Assembly (NCBI RefSeq): GCF_000223395.1
Contig: NC_015931.1
Coordinates: 270,001-302,000 of the forward strand
Length of the DNA stretch: 32,000 nt
Direction: 5' to 3'
DNA from: Pyrolobus fumarii 1A
GTDB taxonomy: Archaea; Thermoproteota; Thermoprotei_A; Sulfolobales; Pyrodictiaceae
Part shown: positions 1 through 10,355 of the stretch, piece by piece
Layout: each line of letters begins with the position of its first letter
Numbering within the stretch: position 1 is the stretch's first letter
Position numbers and translations under genes: made by a program
The notes under the pieces: generated by a model
The model's database searches: none
Seen by the model: the letters and a program-made list of their open reading frames with translations, nothing else
Told to the model about the DNA's origin: nothing

Positions 1-19
1 AGTCTAAGCTCGACACTCC

Positions 20-2704
20 TCATGCCACCGCTTCACCCTCTTCCCCACTACGAGAGTTGCCCCTCCTCGCAGCGAGCAGCTCCATAACACGGCGGTGAAG
101 CTCAGCCAACAGCCTCCTCCTATCCTCCATCAACACAACATCACTATATCCCTTGACCACTAGGTGGTGAGCGAATGGGCTAGGCACCCTAGTAGGGCCG
201 AAGTAGTCGAGCTTCACGCGCCCCTCCTCGACCCACCGTAGAACCTGCTCGGCATTAGCAACGTCCATGTAATCCTCCAGTATCTCGCGATAAGCCTCCT
301 TTAACACCGGAAAGTCTCCAAGCTGCTCTACAGCTTGTAGTAGAGCCTGAGCGTTGATCTGCATACGGTGAACGCTGCGCTCCCTACCGCGGTACCTCCG
401 CAGTATCATCAACGCGCGCTCAGCACAGTGACGGAAACGCCTCTTTAGCAGCTCGGTGTTCCTCAAGACCCTCTTTAGAATATCTCTAAGCTCCCTGCTC
501 TTCACCGCGCGCGATAGTTTAACAACGAGGTCCATGTCTATAGCGTCGGTGCCGTCCACTGTCAGCATAAAGCCGTTGTCAGACACCGTTATCCTAACTG
601 GCTTAGCGAGCCACTCGGCAAGGTAGTATGCATAGGCCCTGGAGAGCGCGTCGTTGACACGGCGCCCGAAGAGAGAGTGGAAGATGACGTTGCTTGTCTC
701 ACTCTCATCGTCTATGAACAGCTCGACTAGTATCATACGGTCGTTTGGCACTTTCCCGCCGGTAAACTCGACCTGCTCCCTGATATACTCGTAGATGTTC
801 TCGGCTGCGTGTCTCTCTAGGAGGTATTCGCGTACAAGCCAGTCTACAATCTCCTCGCGGCTAACGCCGTTCATGATGGCCTCTGCTATCTTCCTCCTAA
901 ACTCGCCGACGAGAAGCGCAGAGTCGAAAGCCAAGGGTAGCATCTCGGAGAACCAGACTGGCACCGTTGGCTTCACGCCCTCCACGGGCTCAACTATGAC
1001 CCTGGCACCCTCGCTCCGTATGAACCTGTAAGTCCTACCACCCAGTACGAAGATGTCGCCAGGCGAGAGTATCTGTACAAAGGCCTCCTCTAGGTCACCC
1101 ACATAGCGGCCATCACGCGTATAGACGTGTATCTTCGCCTCATCGGGGATAGCACCGACATTAGGCGCGTAGATGGCTCGTGTGCTACGCTTCTTTCCGA
1201 ACTCGCCCTTCTCCTCGTCAAGCCATATCTTCGCGTATACCTTCATCTCCTCGAGGGTATCCGGGTAGAGCCCCGCAAGATAGCGCAGCGTGTTGATAAA
1301 GTCGCGGTAATCTAGCGTGTGGAAGGAGTAGCTCCTCCGGACTAACTTGTAAGCCTCCTCTATCTTCCACCTCCTCTCAAGAGCCATGCCAACCAGGTGC
1401 TGCGCCAGTATGTCAAGCGGGTTCCGCGGTATATGCACACGGTCTATCTTCCTCTCCATGGCAGCCTTAGCCAACACAGTACACTCGACGAGATCATCGC
1501 GGTCAACCACAATTATCCTGCCCTTGCTCACCTGCCTTATATGGTGGCCAGCTCGCCCAACTCTCTGTAGCAACCTGGAGACGCTTTTCGGGCTACTGAG
1601 TAGCACCACGAGATCGATATAACCGATGTCTATGCCAAGTTCGAGGCTAGTAGAGGAGACTACGACCTTTAGCTCTCCGCGCTTCAGCTTCTCCTCAACC
1701 TCCAGCCTCAAGTCCCTAGAAAGGCTGCTATGGTGTGCCTCTATCTCGTCCATGTCGGCGATGCCCTCCGCTGCCAGCAGTTTCCTAAGCTTGTACACCA
1801 CACGCTCTGTCGCACTCCTCGTGTTTGTGAAGACTAGAGTGGTCCTATGCTCCATCACGAGCCTGGCAAGGAGTCTATAGATGGCCTCGTTGACCTCCTC
1901 GGCGGGAGTGTTTATCAGGTCCCTCACGGGGCACAGAACGCGAATGTCAATGGGCTTGGCGAAACGAGCATCAACTATCTTACAGGAGCGTGGCTCACCA
2001 TTATCATCAAAACCTACGAGGAACTTGGCAACCTCCTCGAGCGGCGCTATTGTCGCACTCAACCCTATCCTCTGAAGGCGGCCACCAACAAGCTCTTCGA
2101 GACGCTCAAGAGTAAGGCTTAGTAGCGACCCCCTCTTGCTAGATGCGAGCTCGTGAATCTCGTCTATGACGATCCACCTTGTAGTTGCGAGTCTCTCACG
2201 GAACTTGGGCGCTACGAGAGCTATGGTGAGGCTCTCTGGCGTCGTTATAAGTATGTGGGGTGGCCTGCGTACCATCTCCTGCTTCTCGGATGGACTCGTA
2301 TCACTAGTTCTCACGGCGACGCGTACCTCAGGGAGCTGTATACCCATCTCCGACGCGACCTGCCTAATACCATGGAGAGGCTCGAGCAGGTTACGCCTCA
2401 TGTCATTGTTAAGCGCGCGTAGAGGCGAGACGTACACAGCGTATATCTGGTCCTGAAGCCTACCCTCCTCCCCAAGACGGAAAAGCTCGTCGATAATACC
2501 CAGGAAGACGGCGAGAGTCTTACCAGTACCAGTCGGCGAAGATACCAGCACATTCTCTCCACGCTTTATCAACGGGATGGCACAGCGTTGAGGTAGAGTA
2601 AACGAGCCGTAACGCCGACGAAACCACTCAGCGACATAGGGCCTTAACAGTGAGTAAACCTCGTCATCCTCTAAGCACCGCGTGACAAACGATATCCTCG
2701 TCAA
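20..2704 (-). CDS. lhr: Lhr-family large SF2 ATP-dependent helicase (894 aa)
   Basis: Walker A SSPTGTGKT. Motif II VIDEIHEL (DEIH). Motif III GLSATI. Motif VI LQRVGRAGH. Long C-terminal Lhr-type extension. TTG start at 2704. Confidence 0.9.
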   Translation of the reverse strand: MTRISFVTRCLEDDEVYSLLRPYVAEWFRRRYGSFTLPQRCAIPLIKRGENVLVSSPTGTGKTLAVFLGIIDELFRLGEEGRLQDQIYAVYVSPLRALNNDMRRNLLEPLHGIRQVASEMGIQLPEVRVAVRTSDTSPSEKQEMVRRPPHILITTPESLTIALVAPKFRERLATTRWIVIDEIHELASSKRGSLLSLTLERLEELVGGRLQRIGLSATIAPLEEVAKFLVGFDDNGEPRSCKIVDARFAKPIDIRVLCPVRDLINTPAEEVNEAIYRLLARLVMEHRTTLVFTNTRSATERVVYKLRKLLAAEGIADMDEIEAHHSSLSRDLRLEVEEKLKRGELKVVVSSTSLELGIDIGYIDLVVLLSSPKSVSRLLQRVGRAGHHIRQVSKGRIIVVDRDDLVECTVLAKAAMERKIDRVHIPRNPLDILAQHLVGMALERRWKIEEAYKLVRRSYSFHTLDYRDFINTLRYLAGLYPDTLEEMKVYAKIWLDEEKGEFGKKRSTRAIYAPNVGAIPDEAKIHVYTRDGRYVGDLEEAFVQILSPGDIFVLGGRTYRFIRSEGARVIVEPVEGVKPTVPVWFSEMLPLAFDSALLVGEFRRKIAEAIMNGVSREEIVDWLVREYLLERHAAENIYEYIREQVEFTGGKVPNDRMILVELFIDDESETSNVIFHSLFGRRVNDALSRAYAYYLAEWLAKPVRITVSDNGFMLTVDGTDAIDMDLVVKLSRAVKSRELRDILKRVLRNTELLKRRFRHCAERALMILRRYRGRERSVHRMQINAQALLQAVEQLGDFPVLKEAYREILEDYMDVANAEQVLRWVEEGRVKLDYFGPTRVPSPFAHHLVVKGYSDVVLMEDRRRLLAELHRRVMELLAARRGNSRSGEEGEAVA

Positions 2705-2953
2705 TGCTGGCGCCCTCGCCTAGCACAGCCCCTAACGCCACTACCCCAACCACACCCAGCCCTAAAACCAACACAATAGCTCCACGCGATGCACACTCCT
2801 ACAGGTAAAGCCTAGAGGGGCTCACACTCATACCAGGCCTACAAGGGCTGTGAGGCAGACAGCGCCGCCGCCCCTGCAAACAGCCGAGCGGTGCGGAAGG
2901 AGGTTAGCGCCGAGCCCCAGGCAGCACTATAACCATATCAATGTGTTGTTGCT

Positions 2954-3610
2954 CTACTCTTGCCTATGGACGGGTGCCACCGGGTAGACTTCTACGTCGC
3001 CAGTCTTAACCCTGAGCCCGCCGAAGCTGCATCCAAGACTCCTAATCCACTCCATAAGCTCATTGTGCGATACTAGCACGTCATACACGGTTACCTCCTC
3101 GGAGCCGTCTGGCGCGAAGCACGAGCCGAGCCATGAGGCGCCATTGGCGACTCCCTGCTCGCTTCCAAGTATGATGCCGGGTGGCGCGTAGGTCTCCATG
3201 GGGAGGGCGACTAGCCACCTTGGGGGGCCGAGCTTGACGACATCGCGGTAGTCGCTAGTCTGGAGCTCCGTAATCTCGTCGCAGGCGTTTCTAGCGAACT
3301 TGACGCTAGGCGAGGCGTAAACGGTTGCACGTAGCTCGACACCATCTATATACACGTGTGTCGTCACTCGCCTCCAAGGACTATCGGGTAAGTCGGCACC
3401 CTCGTAATGGTCTATGCGTGCGATGCTGTAAGCCGGTACGTGGTATAACTCGCCCCATACCCGCCCATCGCCTTCGAGCACGAGGAGCGGGTATCCATCG
3501 CAGAGGAATAGCTGTCCTTTGACCCACCCGCGGCCGGCGAAACGCGCACCTGCCATTAACCCGTGGCTGGGCATGCCGTACATCAGCGTCCCGTATGCGA
3601 AGAGAAGCAC
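2954..3610 (-). CDS. Gamma-glutamylcyclotransferase (AIG2/GGCT)-like N-terminal domain fused to an unassigned C-terminal domain (218 aa)
   Basis: N-terminus LLFAYGTLMYG...GYPLLV...GRVWGELYHV...IDHYEG matches the YGTL / GE-hydrophobic-Y signature of the GGCT fold. I do not recognise the C-terminal ~100 aa. Confidence 0.65.
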   Translation of the reverse strand: MLLFAYGTLMYGMPSHGLMAGARFAGRGWVKGQLFLCDGYPLLVLEGDGRVWGELYHVPAYSIARIDHYEGADLPDSPWRRVTTHVYIDGVELRATVYASPSVKFARNACDEITELQTSDYRDVVKLGPPRWLVALPMETYAPPGIILGSEQGVANGASWLGSCFAPDGSEEVTVYDVLVSHNELMEWIRSLGCSFGGLRVKTGDVEVYPVAPVHRQE

Positions 3611-3683
3611 CTTTAGATGCCCCCGGGTTTGGGCAGGAGGGCGTGGAGGGGTAAAGAGGCTCGGCTCATCCAGTACTCTGAGC

Positions 3684-5201
3684 CTATCGCCTCCTCGTGA
3701 TTAGCAAGCTGGTTACAAACCCAGCTATTGCGGCCAATGCGGCAACCAATATGATGGTTTTGACGTCTAGGCCTCCGCCAGCCTCTTCCGCCGGTACGGT
3801 AGTGCTTGCGGTGCTAGTGTGGGTCGGCTTGCCTGTGGCGCTGGGTTTCGCAGTGGTAGAGGTGCTGCTCTCGCCAGCGGCAACCACCTCTATTTGGGCC
3901 TTGTCTAGCTCTTCGAGCGGAGTGACCGAGGGCTTTACACGCACCCTCTCATCGCCGGGTTTGAGTATAACCGTCTCTGGCAGGGCCTTACTCGCCCCAT
4001 CAACCAGCATAGAGAGTATATCTAGGGTTGTTCTTAGCTCTCGGAAGCTCCTTGCAAGCTGGCCTAGTGTCTTCTTAGCATCGGCTACCGGGTCTCCACT
4101 TGGATACGCGTAGATAAGCCTGGGGCTCCTGTAATCTATCGTCACCCTGATAGCGTCGTCCGTGCCTTCTATGGCTACGCGTGTGAGGCTAGTGTAGGGC
4201 GGTTTTCCTGCCAGTAGCGGCGTGGAGATGAACATGGCTGTGGTGGCGGGTACTTGTGCTCCGAGAGCCCCTCCAAAGACGGATAGTAGTATTATAGTGA
4301 TTTTCGTGATAGCGGTTTTCGCCCTAGCATAGTCGAGCATGAGAGCGTCTATATCGCCAGTGGCGTTGAGGCCTGCCGCCAGCTCAACACGTATATGACT
4401 ATTGGTGCTCCTCGTGGCTAATCTTAGAGAGTAGCTACCCGTGACGTTATACTCGCCTTCGAGTAGCTTGAGAAGGTTCGCCACGTCGGTACTGGAGAGC
4501 CCGCGCATCATGAAATCAGAAAGCATGTTATTCACACTAGCCTCTAGAGACACGCGCGCCTGGCCGCTGCTAACGCTGCACTCGCGGAGTGTAAGCCACT
4601 CCAGCTCGCCAGTAATGTTCTTCAAGCTCTCGCATATAGCGTCCACGGCTCTCTTGAAGGCATCGGGGTTGGTGTTGCTGGGCTCCAGGCTCGCCTTTAG
4701 AACCGCGACAGTCTCGTTGAGCAGGATGTCATAGTTGAGGCGCAGGCTCGTGTCGTTTAAGACTAGAGTGCCGTTACCGGTTGTGGTGAGCCCCGGTCCT
4801 AGCCTAAACTCGCCCCTCACATCGAGGACTGTCGAGCCACTCTTCTCGCTGCTCGCGTTGCCGGCAGACGTGTTGAGTAGTATTGCGGGTATCGTGATGT
4901 TGAGTAGGGAGCTGTGCTCTAGCGAATCTGGTTCAGCGACGGTCTTTGACTCGTAAAGTAGGCGTAACCCTCCCGTGATATTCTCGAGGCCCTTCAGGAT
5001 AGCATCTAGGTGATAGACGTACTGCGCGCTACCATCGCTATAGACGAGGACGGACAGAGTGGCGTTGTTCACGTCTAGCTCTAAATGTAAAGCGGGCATT
5101 GATGCCGCAGGGGAGTGGTGAGCCAAGTGAGCCAGAAGCGTAAACAGCATAAACAATAGTACATCGTGCATTGTAACCACCTGCCCTACGCCTCCAGCCA
5201 T
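3684..5201 (-). CDS. Secreted, C-terminally membrane-anchored glycoprotein (505 aa), function unknown
   Basis: Signal-like N-terminus (MHDVLLFMLFTLLAHLAHHSPAAS). Many N-x-S/T sequons. Ser/Thr/Pro-rich stalk (STSTTAKPSATGKPTHTSTASTT). C-terminal TM helix ending in RRR. Confidence 0.7.
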   Translation of the reverse strand: MAGGVGQVVTMHDVLLFMLFTLLAHLAHHSPAASMPALHLELDVNNATLSVLVYSDGSAQYVYHLDAILKGLENITGGLRLLYESKTVAEPDSLEHSSLLNITIPAILLNTSAGNASSEKSGSTVLDVRGEFRLGPGLTTTGNGTLVLNDTSLRLNYDILLNETVAVLKASLEPSNTNPDAFKRAVDAICESLKNITGELEWLTLRECSVSSGQARVSLEASVNNMLSDFMMRGLSSTDVANLLKLLEGEYNVTGSYSLRLATRSTNSHIRVELAAGLNATGDIDALMLDYARAKTAITKITIILLSVFGGALGAQVPATTAMFISTPLLAGKPPYTSLTRVAIEGTDDAIRVTIDYRSPRLIYAYPSGDPVADAKKTLGQLARSFRELRTTLDILSMLVDGASKALPETVILKPGDERVRVKPSVTPLEELDKAQIEVVAAGESSTSTTAKPSATGKPTHTSTASTTVPAEEAGGGLDVKTIILVAALAAIAGFVTSLLITRRR

Positions 5202-5245
5202 GTGTTGCCGGACTGCACGTTACGCGGTCTTAACATTGTCGTGGT

Positions 5246-8011
5246 GTGGCAGTTGGTTTCCTTATCCCTCCGTCAATGGTGGGTCACTGTGGGTGCAGCA
5301 AAGCCTTGAGACGTAGACTAGCTCCAGCCCTAATAGCGCTGCTCCTAACGTTATGTTTGACGATGGTGACGGCACACGCCTCAATATTAGGAAAGTTCAA
5401 TGGGCTTTGGCTTTACGAGACGAACACCAGCGACGTAGAACAATTGAAGAAGGAGATTGTGGCGTTGCAGGTTAAGAGTGTAGTGTTGAAGTCTACGATA
5501 CCAGACCCTAGGATACAACGCGTGCTGAGCAGTATTGCGGTGTACACGCCCGGCAGTAAACTAGTCGAGCCTATCGCGACGCCATGGGGAGTGCTCGCGT
5601 GGAGCACCACGCCACAACTACAAGGCTCTGCATCCGCGTCGAAGGCCGTTAGCGCCTCGGGACTCGGCGGGGATAATAGCAAGGAGTTGATGCTCGTCAT
5701 AATACCTAACGAGACGCTGAGATGGTTTGGCGAGGGCATTGCCAAGCTCCATCCAGACCTCCGGGTCGAGATACTGACGTGGAAGGATATCGCGGCGCAG
5801 TGTAAACACCCGGCGGAGCCGCCTCCAGGTTTCGTGGACCCAGGGGATCTCGAGAGACAGTGTGGCCGCGGGTATAACGCGACGCTAGCGCTCTGCCTTG
5901 TGTCTCTAGAGCGTAGGCTGCTTGACGAGGGGCTCCGCTACGTGCTCATAGTGGGTGGTGCCTCTGTCTCCCCACCGATATACTACCGTAGTCCTCTCCT
6001 CGAGAGCGTTGGTATATCGTGTGGAGCCTACGTGCCGAGTGACTACTGGTACATGGATCCGGATTATGATTGGAACCCGGAAGTCGCGGTAGGGAGGCTA
6101 CCGTTCACTGATCGTAGCCTGCTAGAAGGGTACCTGGATAGTGCAAGAAAGTGGTTGGAGTGGGGCAAGCGCGACACTGCACTCTATGCGGGTGGCGCGC
6201 CGTTCCAGTCAACGCTGATGATGGGTGAGGTCGGTGTACTTGAAGCATCGCAGACAGCTCCTAGCCTCAGTGACGTAGAGTATCTCACGTTGACACTTGG
6301 AGGGTATAGGCCGTTAGCCGTGCAGAGCAAGCTAGGCTCCTACGGCCTCTACTACATAGTCTCTCACGGCGTAGGCGATGTGTTACTCGATGTGTTCCCC
6401 TCGGGGCTCTGGGGGGCGAAGGTAGACCTCGTGCTTGCACCGAGAGTGTTGCCCAGCAATACGCGCGAGCCGGGTGTCATCGTTACGCCGGCGTGCCTCT
6501 CCGCCTACTGGGACGTCGATGTTGTCGAGCCGCCGTTCAACCCTCCCAGCGTAGGTGTAGCGCTCCTCGAGAAGGGGTACGCAGTTGCATACTATGGCTC
6601 TAGCAGGCTAGCCATAGCGGCTATCACAGAAGTCAAGCTAGAGCCGAGCGGCAGTATAGAAGTCTCGACAGCAGGCGCAATACGCTTAACATCCATGCTC
6701 GCGGTCATGCTGACAGAGTCCAGAACGATAGGCGAGGCGGTAGTCAAGGCGCTAGCGGCGTACTCTAGCCTAACACGCGGCATAGCGATAGCCTACACCG
6801 CCACCGGCTCCGAGGACATCGCGGAACTAACGATGGTAGAGTTTGTGCTTCTAGGCGACCCCGCCCTGCCAGCACCATCCTCGAGAGGTAAACCGTCAAC
6901 ACCGCCAGCCCCCACAATACCCTACAATGAGACCATACCGGCTAGCATAGTCTACCCGCCCTACGCGAGCATATCAACCGGCGAGGCGCCTCTAGCGGTT
7001 GCCCCGCCGGGCTCTACACTCACAGTGAGAGTACCAGAGTGCCCCGACGACGCGAGGATCCTCGCCATACGCAACTACTACAGCTACATACTTGTGGAAA
7101 CCGTGCACGAACCGATAATCGTGCGCGAAGAAAACGGAGCTTGCAAGATAACAGTGAGGATCAAAGCCGGACCAGCACTGCACTACCTGATAATCCGGGA
7201 TGGGCACACGTTAGCACGGTACGTGCTCCTCGCAGCTGGTATTAGCGCTGAACCGGCCGGACTCGAGAAGATCAGGGTGAAGGCCACGGGCTTAGACCTT
7301 ATACGCGTGCTTGGGGACGAGCCTATAGGCGTGTACATCAACGGCTCGCTAGTAGCGTGGATACCCGGTGGGCTTGACCACGCCGAGCTAGTACTGAGGG
7401 CGGCTGGCCGCGTAGAGGTAAGCCTGGTGCCGTGGAGGATCTACACCGGTATAGTGACTGGGGACGAGGACCTAAACAGGATATCAGAGTTGCTACGCAA
7501 GATTTTCACCACGAGTGTTGTAGCGCCAGCCGTGCACGTAACCTACACGCCCGGCGGCGTCATCGTGACGGTAACAGGCTTCGATACAGTAACCTTCCGC
7601 AATGCTAGCCTCGTTAAAAGGATGGCACCAGGCACGTACCTAGTCAAAGGCAACGGGCTAGTTATACTCGAAGCCGGTAAGGGGGCGCTGCACGCAACCA
7701 TACCCATACCAGTAGTCCAGGTCACCGCCCGCGAGAGCAACACGACCGTTAAAACATACGGTGTCGCATCTACAAGCAGGGTATCGACGACAGAGGAGCG
7801 AGGAAACACGGGTAGCGAGGCAGCAGCCGGGCGCAATGTAACGACGGGAATGGAAAGGACGGCGACAAGTAACATAGTAACTATGGAGACGGAGGGTGGT
7901 GAAAGGGGTGCTGGTGTCTCGCCGCCAGTGCTCTTCGTAGTAGCGTTGATGGCCTGGACTGCTGCGTTCACCATAGCCTATTATGTCAGGAGGTTGTGGA
8001 GGGGTCGGTAG
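5246..8011 (+). CDS. Large surface-anchored protein with peptidase C25 / caspase-fold-like domain (921 aa)
   Basis: N-terminal signal/anchor. Block YVLIVGGASVSPPIYY...SDYWYMD...PEVAVGRLPF resembles the gingipain/C25 family. Candidate His (YYIVSHGVGD) and Cys (VTPACLSAYW) dyad. Thr/Ser-rich stalk. C-terminal TM plus basic tail (RRLWRGR). Confidence 0.6.
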   Translation: MAVGFLIPPSMVGHCGCSKALRRRLAPALIALLLTLCLTMVTAHASILGKFNGLWLYETNTSDVEQLKKEIVALQVKSVVLKSTIPDPRIQRVLSSIAVYTPGSKLVEPIATPWGVLAWSTTPQLQGSASASKAVSASGLGGDNSKELMLVIIPNETLRWFGEGIAKLHPDLRVEILTWKDIAAQCKHPAEPPPGFVDPGDLERQCGRGYNATLALCLVSLERRLLDEGLRYVLIVGGASVSPPIYYRSPLLESVGISCGAYVPSDYWYMDPDYDWNPEVAVGRLPFTDRSLLEGYLDSARKWLEWGKRDTALYAGGAPFQSTLMMGEVGVLEASQTAPSLSDVEYLTLTLGGYRPLAVQSKLGSYGLYYIVSHGVGDVLLDVFPSGLWGAKVDLVLAPRVLPSNTREPGVIVTPACLSAYWDVDVVEPPFNPPSVGVALLEKGYAVAYYGSSRLAIAAITEVKLEPSGSIEVSTAGAIRLTSMLAVMLTESRTIGEAVVKALAAYSSLTRGIAIAYTATGSEDIAELTMVEFVLLGDPALPAPSSRGKPSTPPAPTIPYNETIPASIVYPPYASISTGEAPLAVAPPGSTLTVRVPECPDDARILAIRNYYSYILVETVHEPIIVREENGACKITVRIKAGPALHYLIIRDGHTLARYVLLAAGISAEPAGLEKIRVKATGLDLIRVLGDEPIGVYINGSLVAWIPGGLDHAELVLRAAGRVEVSLVPWRIYTGIVTGDEDLNRISELLRKIFTTSVVAPAVHVTYTPGGVIVTVTGFDTVTFRNASLVKRMAPGTYLVKGNGLVILEAGKGALHATIPIPVVQVTARESNTTVKTYGVASTSRVSTTEERGNTGSEAAAGRNVTTGMERTATSNIVTMETEGGERGAGVSPPVLFVVALMAWTAAFTIAYYVRRLWRGR

Positions 8012-8114
8012 AGGTCCCGTCTCGTCACTGTCTCGGCACAGCCGGTTGCCTCGCCATCCCCCATCATCTTAAGGTCTAGTAGCGGGTTAGAAGAAGACAA
8101 CTCGGGGCAGCGCC

Positions 8115-8411
8115 ATGCAGCCAAAGGAGCCCGGGATAGAGTCGGCCATTGAGGCGCTAGCGCTCATAGTGCTCGGCGTGTTAGTTCTAGTAGCGGCGCT
8201 CCTGGTGGCAAAAGTGTTGATCATCATACTTGCTCCGCTCATAGCCGGTGGTGTAGCGGCTCTCGGTGTAGCGGCGCTAGTAGGCTGGGCTAGGGTCACC
8301 TACGAGGAGCGTGAATCGAGACACCGGCTCGTAATAGAGGTGTACAGGCCTCTAGAGTTCCTTCTAGCATGGCTACTTCTGGCTGTAATAGCGGCGGTCA
8401 TCCTAAGGTAG
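8115..8411 (+). CDS. Small integral membrane protein (98 aa), hypothetical
   Basis: Three hydrophobic helices. Preferred over the overlapping antisense ORF 8087..8299, which is Ala/Thr/Ser-rich with no structure-like pattern. Confidence 0.4.
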   Translation: MQPKEPGIESAIEALALIVLGVLVLVAALLVAKVLIIILAPLIAGGVAALGVAALVGWARVTYEERESRHRLVIEVYRPLEFLLAWLLLAVIAAVILR

Positions 8412-8415
8412 GAGC

Positions 8416-9159
8416 CTACTCAGCATTTTCACTCTCGTCTTCCTCGCGTATAGGGCAGCATGCGCGGCGCGCACCCGTAATCTCCTCTGCTGCGCACAGC
8501 AACTCGTGTATGACAGTCCAGGCTTTGAGCGGCACACCGCCATAGATACTGTATGTCCTCGAGGCCTTTCTCAGCGTGCTTTTCTTGAAGTCGCCGCGAG
8601 GGAACATGCCTATACCGATGGGCCACCCGGTCTCCAGAGCCTCGCGTACAATGTCGGCTGGTGTTGCGGGCTTGCCACGCTCCCACAGTAGTATCAACCC
8701 GCCCATCTTGTCGACGAACTCGCGTAGCGTGGACGCATAGAGGTGTATCAGCGGCTTGCCTGTAGGCGGTACGCGGTTGTGAATAAGCAATTGGGCCATA
8801 AGCCCCTTGAATCGGTCCAGATGCTTGGGGATCCTAGTCTCGGGCTCTACGCGGAAAACCCTCCCATCGAGGACATGGATGTATACCTCGAGGTGGCCGG
8901 TGAGGTTCAGCACCGAGTCTTGGAGTAGAAGCAGAGATACGTGCACTATATCCGGGCGTCCCCTCTTCCACTTCTGGGGTAGAGAAGCCATAGCGTAGTA
9001 ATGGTATGTCTTGTCGAGTAGAGCCTCGCCAGGGTCTATGCCAAAGCGCCTCGCGTACCTAACAACCTGAGGGTGGTTGCGTATCTCCCGAGGCACGAGC
9101 TCCAGGGGAGACTCCAGGAGCACGATGCGAACTCTCCTAGCTGCCGCCTCCACCCTCAC
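8416..9159 (-). CDS. nep1: Ribosomal RNA small subunit pseudouridine methyltransferase Nep1/EMG1
   Basis: VLLESPLELVPREI...HP, LLDKTYHYYAM, KRGRPDIVHVSLLLLQDSVLN, YIHVLDGRVFRVEPETRIPKHLDRFKGLMAQLL: the characteristic Nep1 (SPOUT) blocks. Confidence 0.85.
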   Translation of the reverse strand: MRVEAAARRVRIVLLESPLELVPREIRNHPQVVRYARRFGIDPGEALLDKTYHYYAMASLPQKWKRGRPDIVHVSLLLLQDSVLNLTGHLEVYIHVLDGRVFRVEPETRIPKHLDRFKGLMAQLLIHNRVPPTGKPLIHLYASTLREFVDKMGGLILLWERGKPATPADIVREALETGWPIGIGMFPRGDFKKSTLRKASRTYSIYGGVPLKAWTVIHELLCAAEEITGARRACCPIREEDESENAE

Positions 9160-9811
9160 CAGCCTCTAGCCATGATAGTTCGTCGCGCTTCCGCAGCTCC
9201 TTGACCCGCTCCTCTAGTATACTCTTGTCCACGCCAGCAAGGCTGGCGGCAGTGTCAATCTTCATAGCGCCGCGATAGACTAGTCTTGCTGCAAGCTCTA
9301 CTCTTCGCCCTTCTAGTCGCCTCCTAGCCTCCTCCAGGAAGAACTCCGGTGCAAGCAGGAATACTAAGCCCTCCAGCTCCTCGCTGCTCAGCCTAGCAGC
9401 CTCTACAAGGCTACGCGACGCCTCGAAGCCCACCTGGAATTCGCTGCTAGACTCGAGCCAAGGAAGCTTCTCAACTTCACCTAGCACATAGAGAGGCTCG
9501 CCTCCTAGACTCCTCTCGAAACGAAGAGTCAAAACCCCGACATCATAAAGCTCGTCAATAACCTTGTCGACTAGATTGCTACGAGGACCCTCCTCGCTAG
9601 CCTCGAAGCCCCAGTCGCCAACTTTACCCAAGCCATAAGCCACGAGGAACACAAGTAAATGGACATCCTTCCTCCTCAACCCGCGTCTCTCGGCGCCAGT
9701 GACAACACCGGCAACTGCTGCAGCCAAATCCCGCCTCTCCTCGATCAACACGATATGTCCCCTCCCCGCGGCGCGCAAAGAGGTACGCCCGAGCAACCAA
9801 CTATAAACCAT
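9137..9811 (-). CDS. Hypothetical protein (224 aa)
   Basis: Long ORF with archaeal-style composition. Overlaps the nep1 start by 23 nt (operon-like). No recognised motif. Carries a short GP-R-S..LVDKVIDEL stretch that loosely resembles GP-Y-S..LEPFLEEL in ORF 17582..18052. Confidence 0.5.
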   Translation of the reverse strand: MVYSWLLGRTSLRAAGRGHIVLIEERRDLAAAVAGVVTGAERRGLRRKDVHLLVFLVAYGLGKVGDWGFEASEEGPRSNLVDKVIDELYDVGVLTLRFERSLGGEPLYVLGEVEKLPWLESSSEFQVGFEASRSLVEAARLSSEELEGLVFLLAPEFFLEEARRRLEGRRVELAARLVYRGAMKIDTAASLAGVDKSILEERVKELRKRDELSWLEAGEGGGGS

Positions 9812-9975
9812 GCGTCATGCGAGATGCGGGGCGACGAGAGGCGGCCGCCCGAGGGGAAGGACCCACACAGGTTCATCCACGCGGCTTTACGCCGCAGTCC
9901 CCCGGTCCAACCCCAGTACGGCTAGTACACCAGCAGGAGCCTCTAAGCGTTACATTATACGAGAGTGTAGCGCGG

Positions 9976-10344
9976 CTAGCCAGGCAGCAACGAGAGCATT
10001 AGGGTGTAGCTAGTGATGAAGGCACCCAGCGCGTAGACCAATATGCGATACACGTTAGCTAATAGCCTTGCTGCTTGTCCACCGCCTCTGGATGCATAGT
10101 GTGCAATGATATCCGCGGTTGCCGCGGCGTGAACATAGCCGATTACGGCAAGTAGTGGAGGTAGCGTAGAGAGGTGCAGCTCTGCGCAAGCGGCATAGTC
10201 GAGTAAACCGAGAGTAATGGTGGAGGTGGCGCCCGGGAGCCTCAAGCATATACCGGTCAGTAGCGCGAGGAACGCGATGCTCGAGAGGAGTATACCCGTG
10301 GTACTAGCGATAAGCCTAACCCACGCTTGCACACCTATCACCAC
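9976..10344 (-). CDS. Integral membrane protein (122 aa), hypothetical
   Basis: About four hydrophobic segments. No recognised motif. Confidence 0.4.
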   Translation of the reverse strand: MVIGVQAWVRLIASTTGILLSSIAFLALLTGICLRLPGATSTITLGLLDYAACAELHLSTLPPLLAVIGYVHAAATADIIAHYASRGGGQAARLLANVYRILVYALGAFITSYTLMLSLLPG

Positions 10345-10355
10345 TCTAGGGCATA

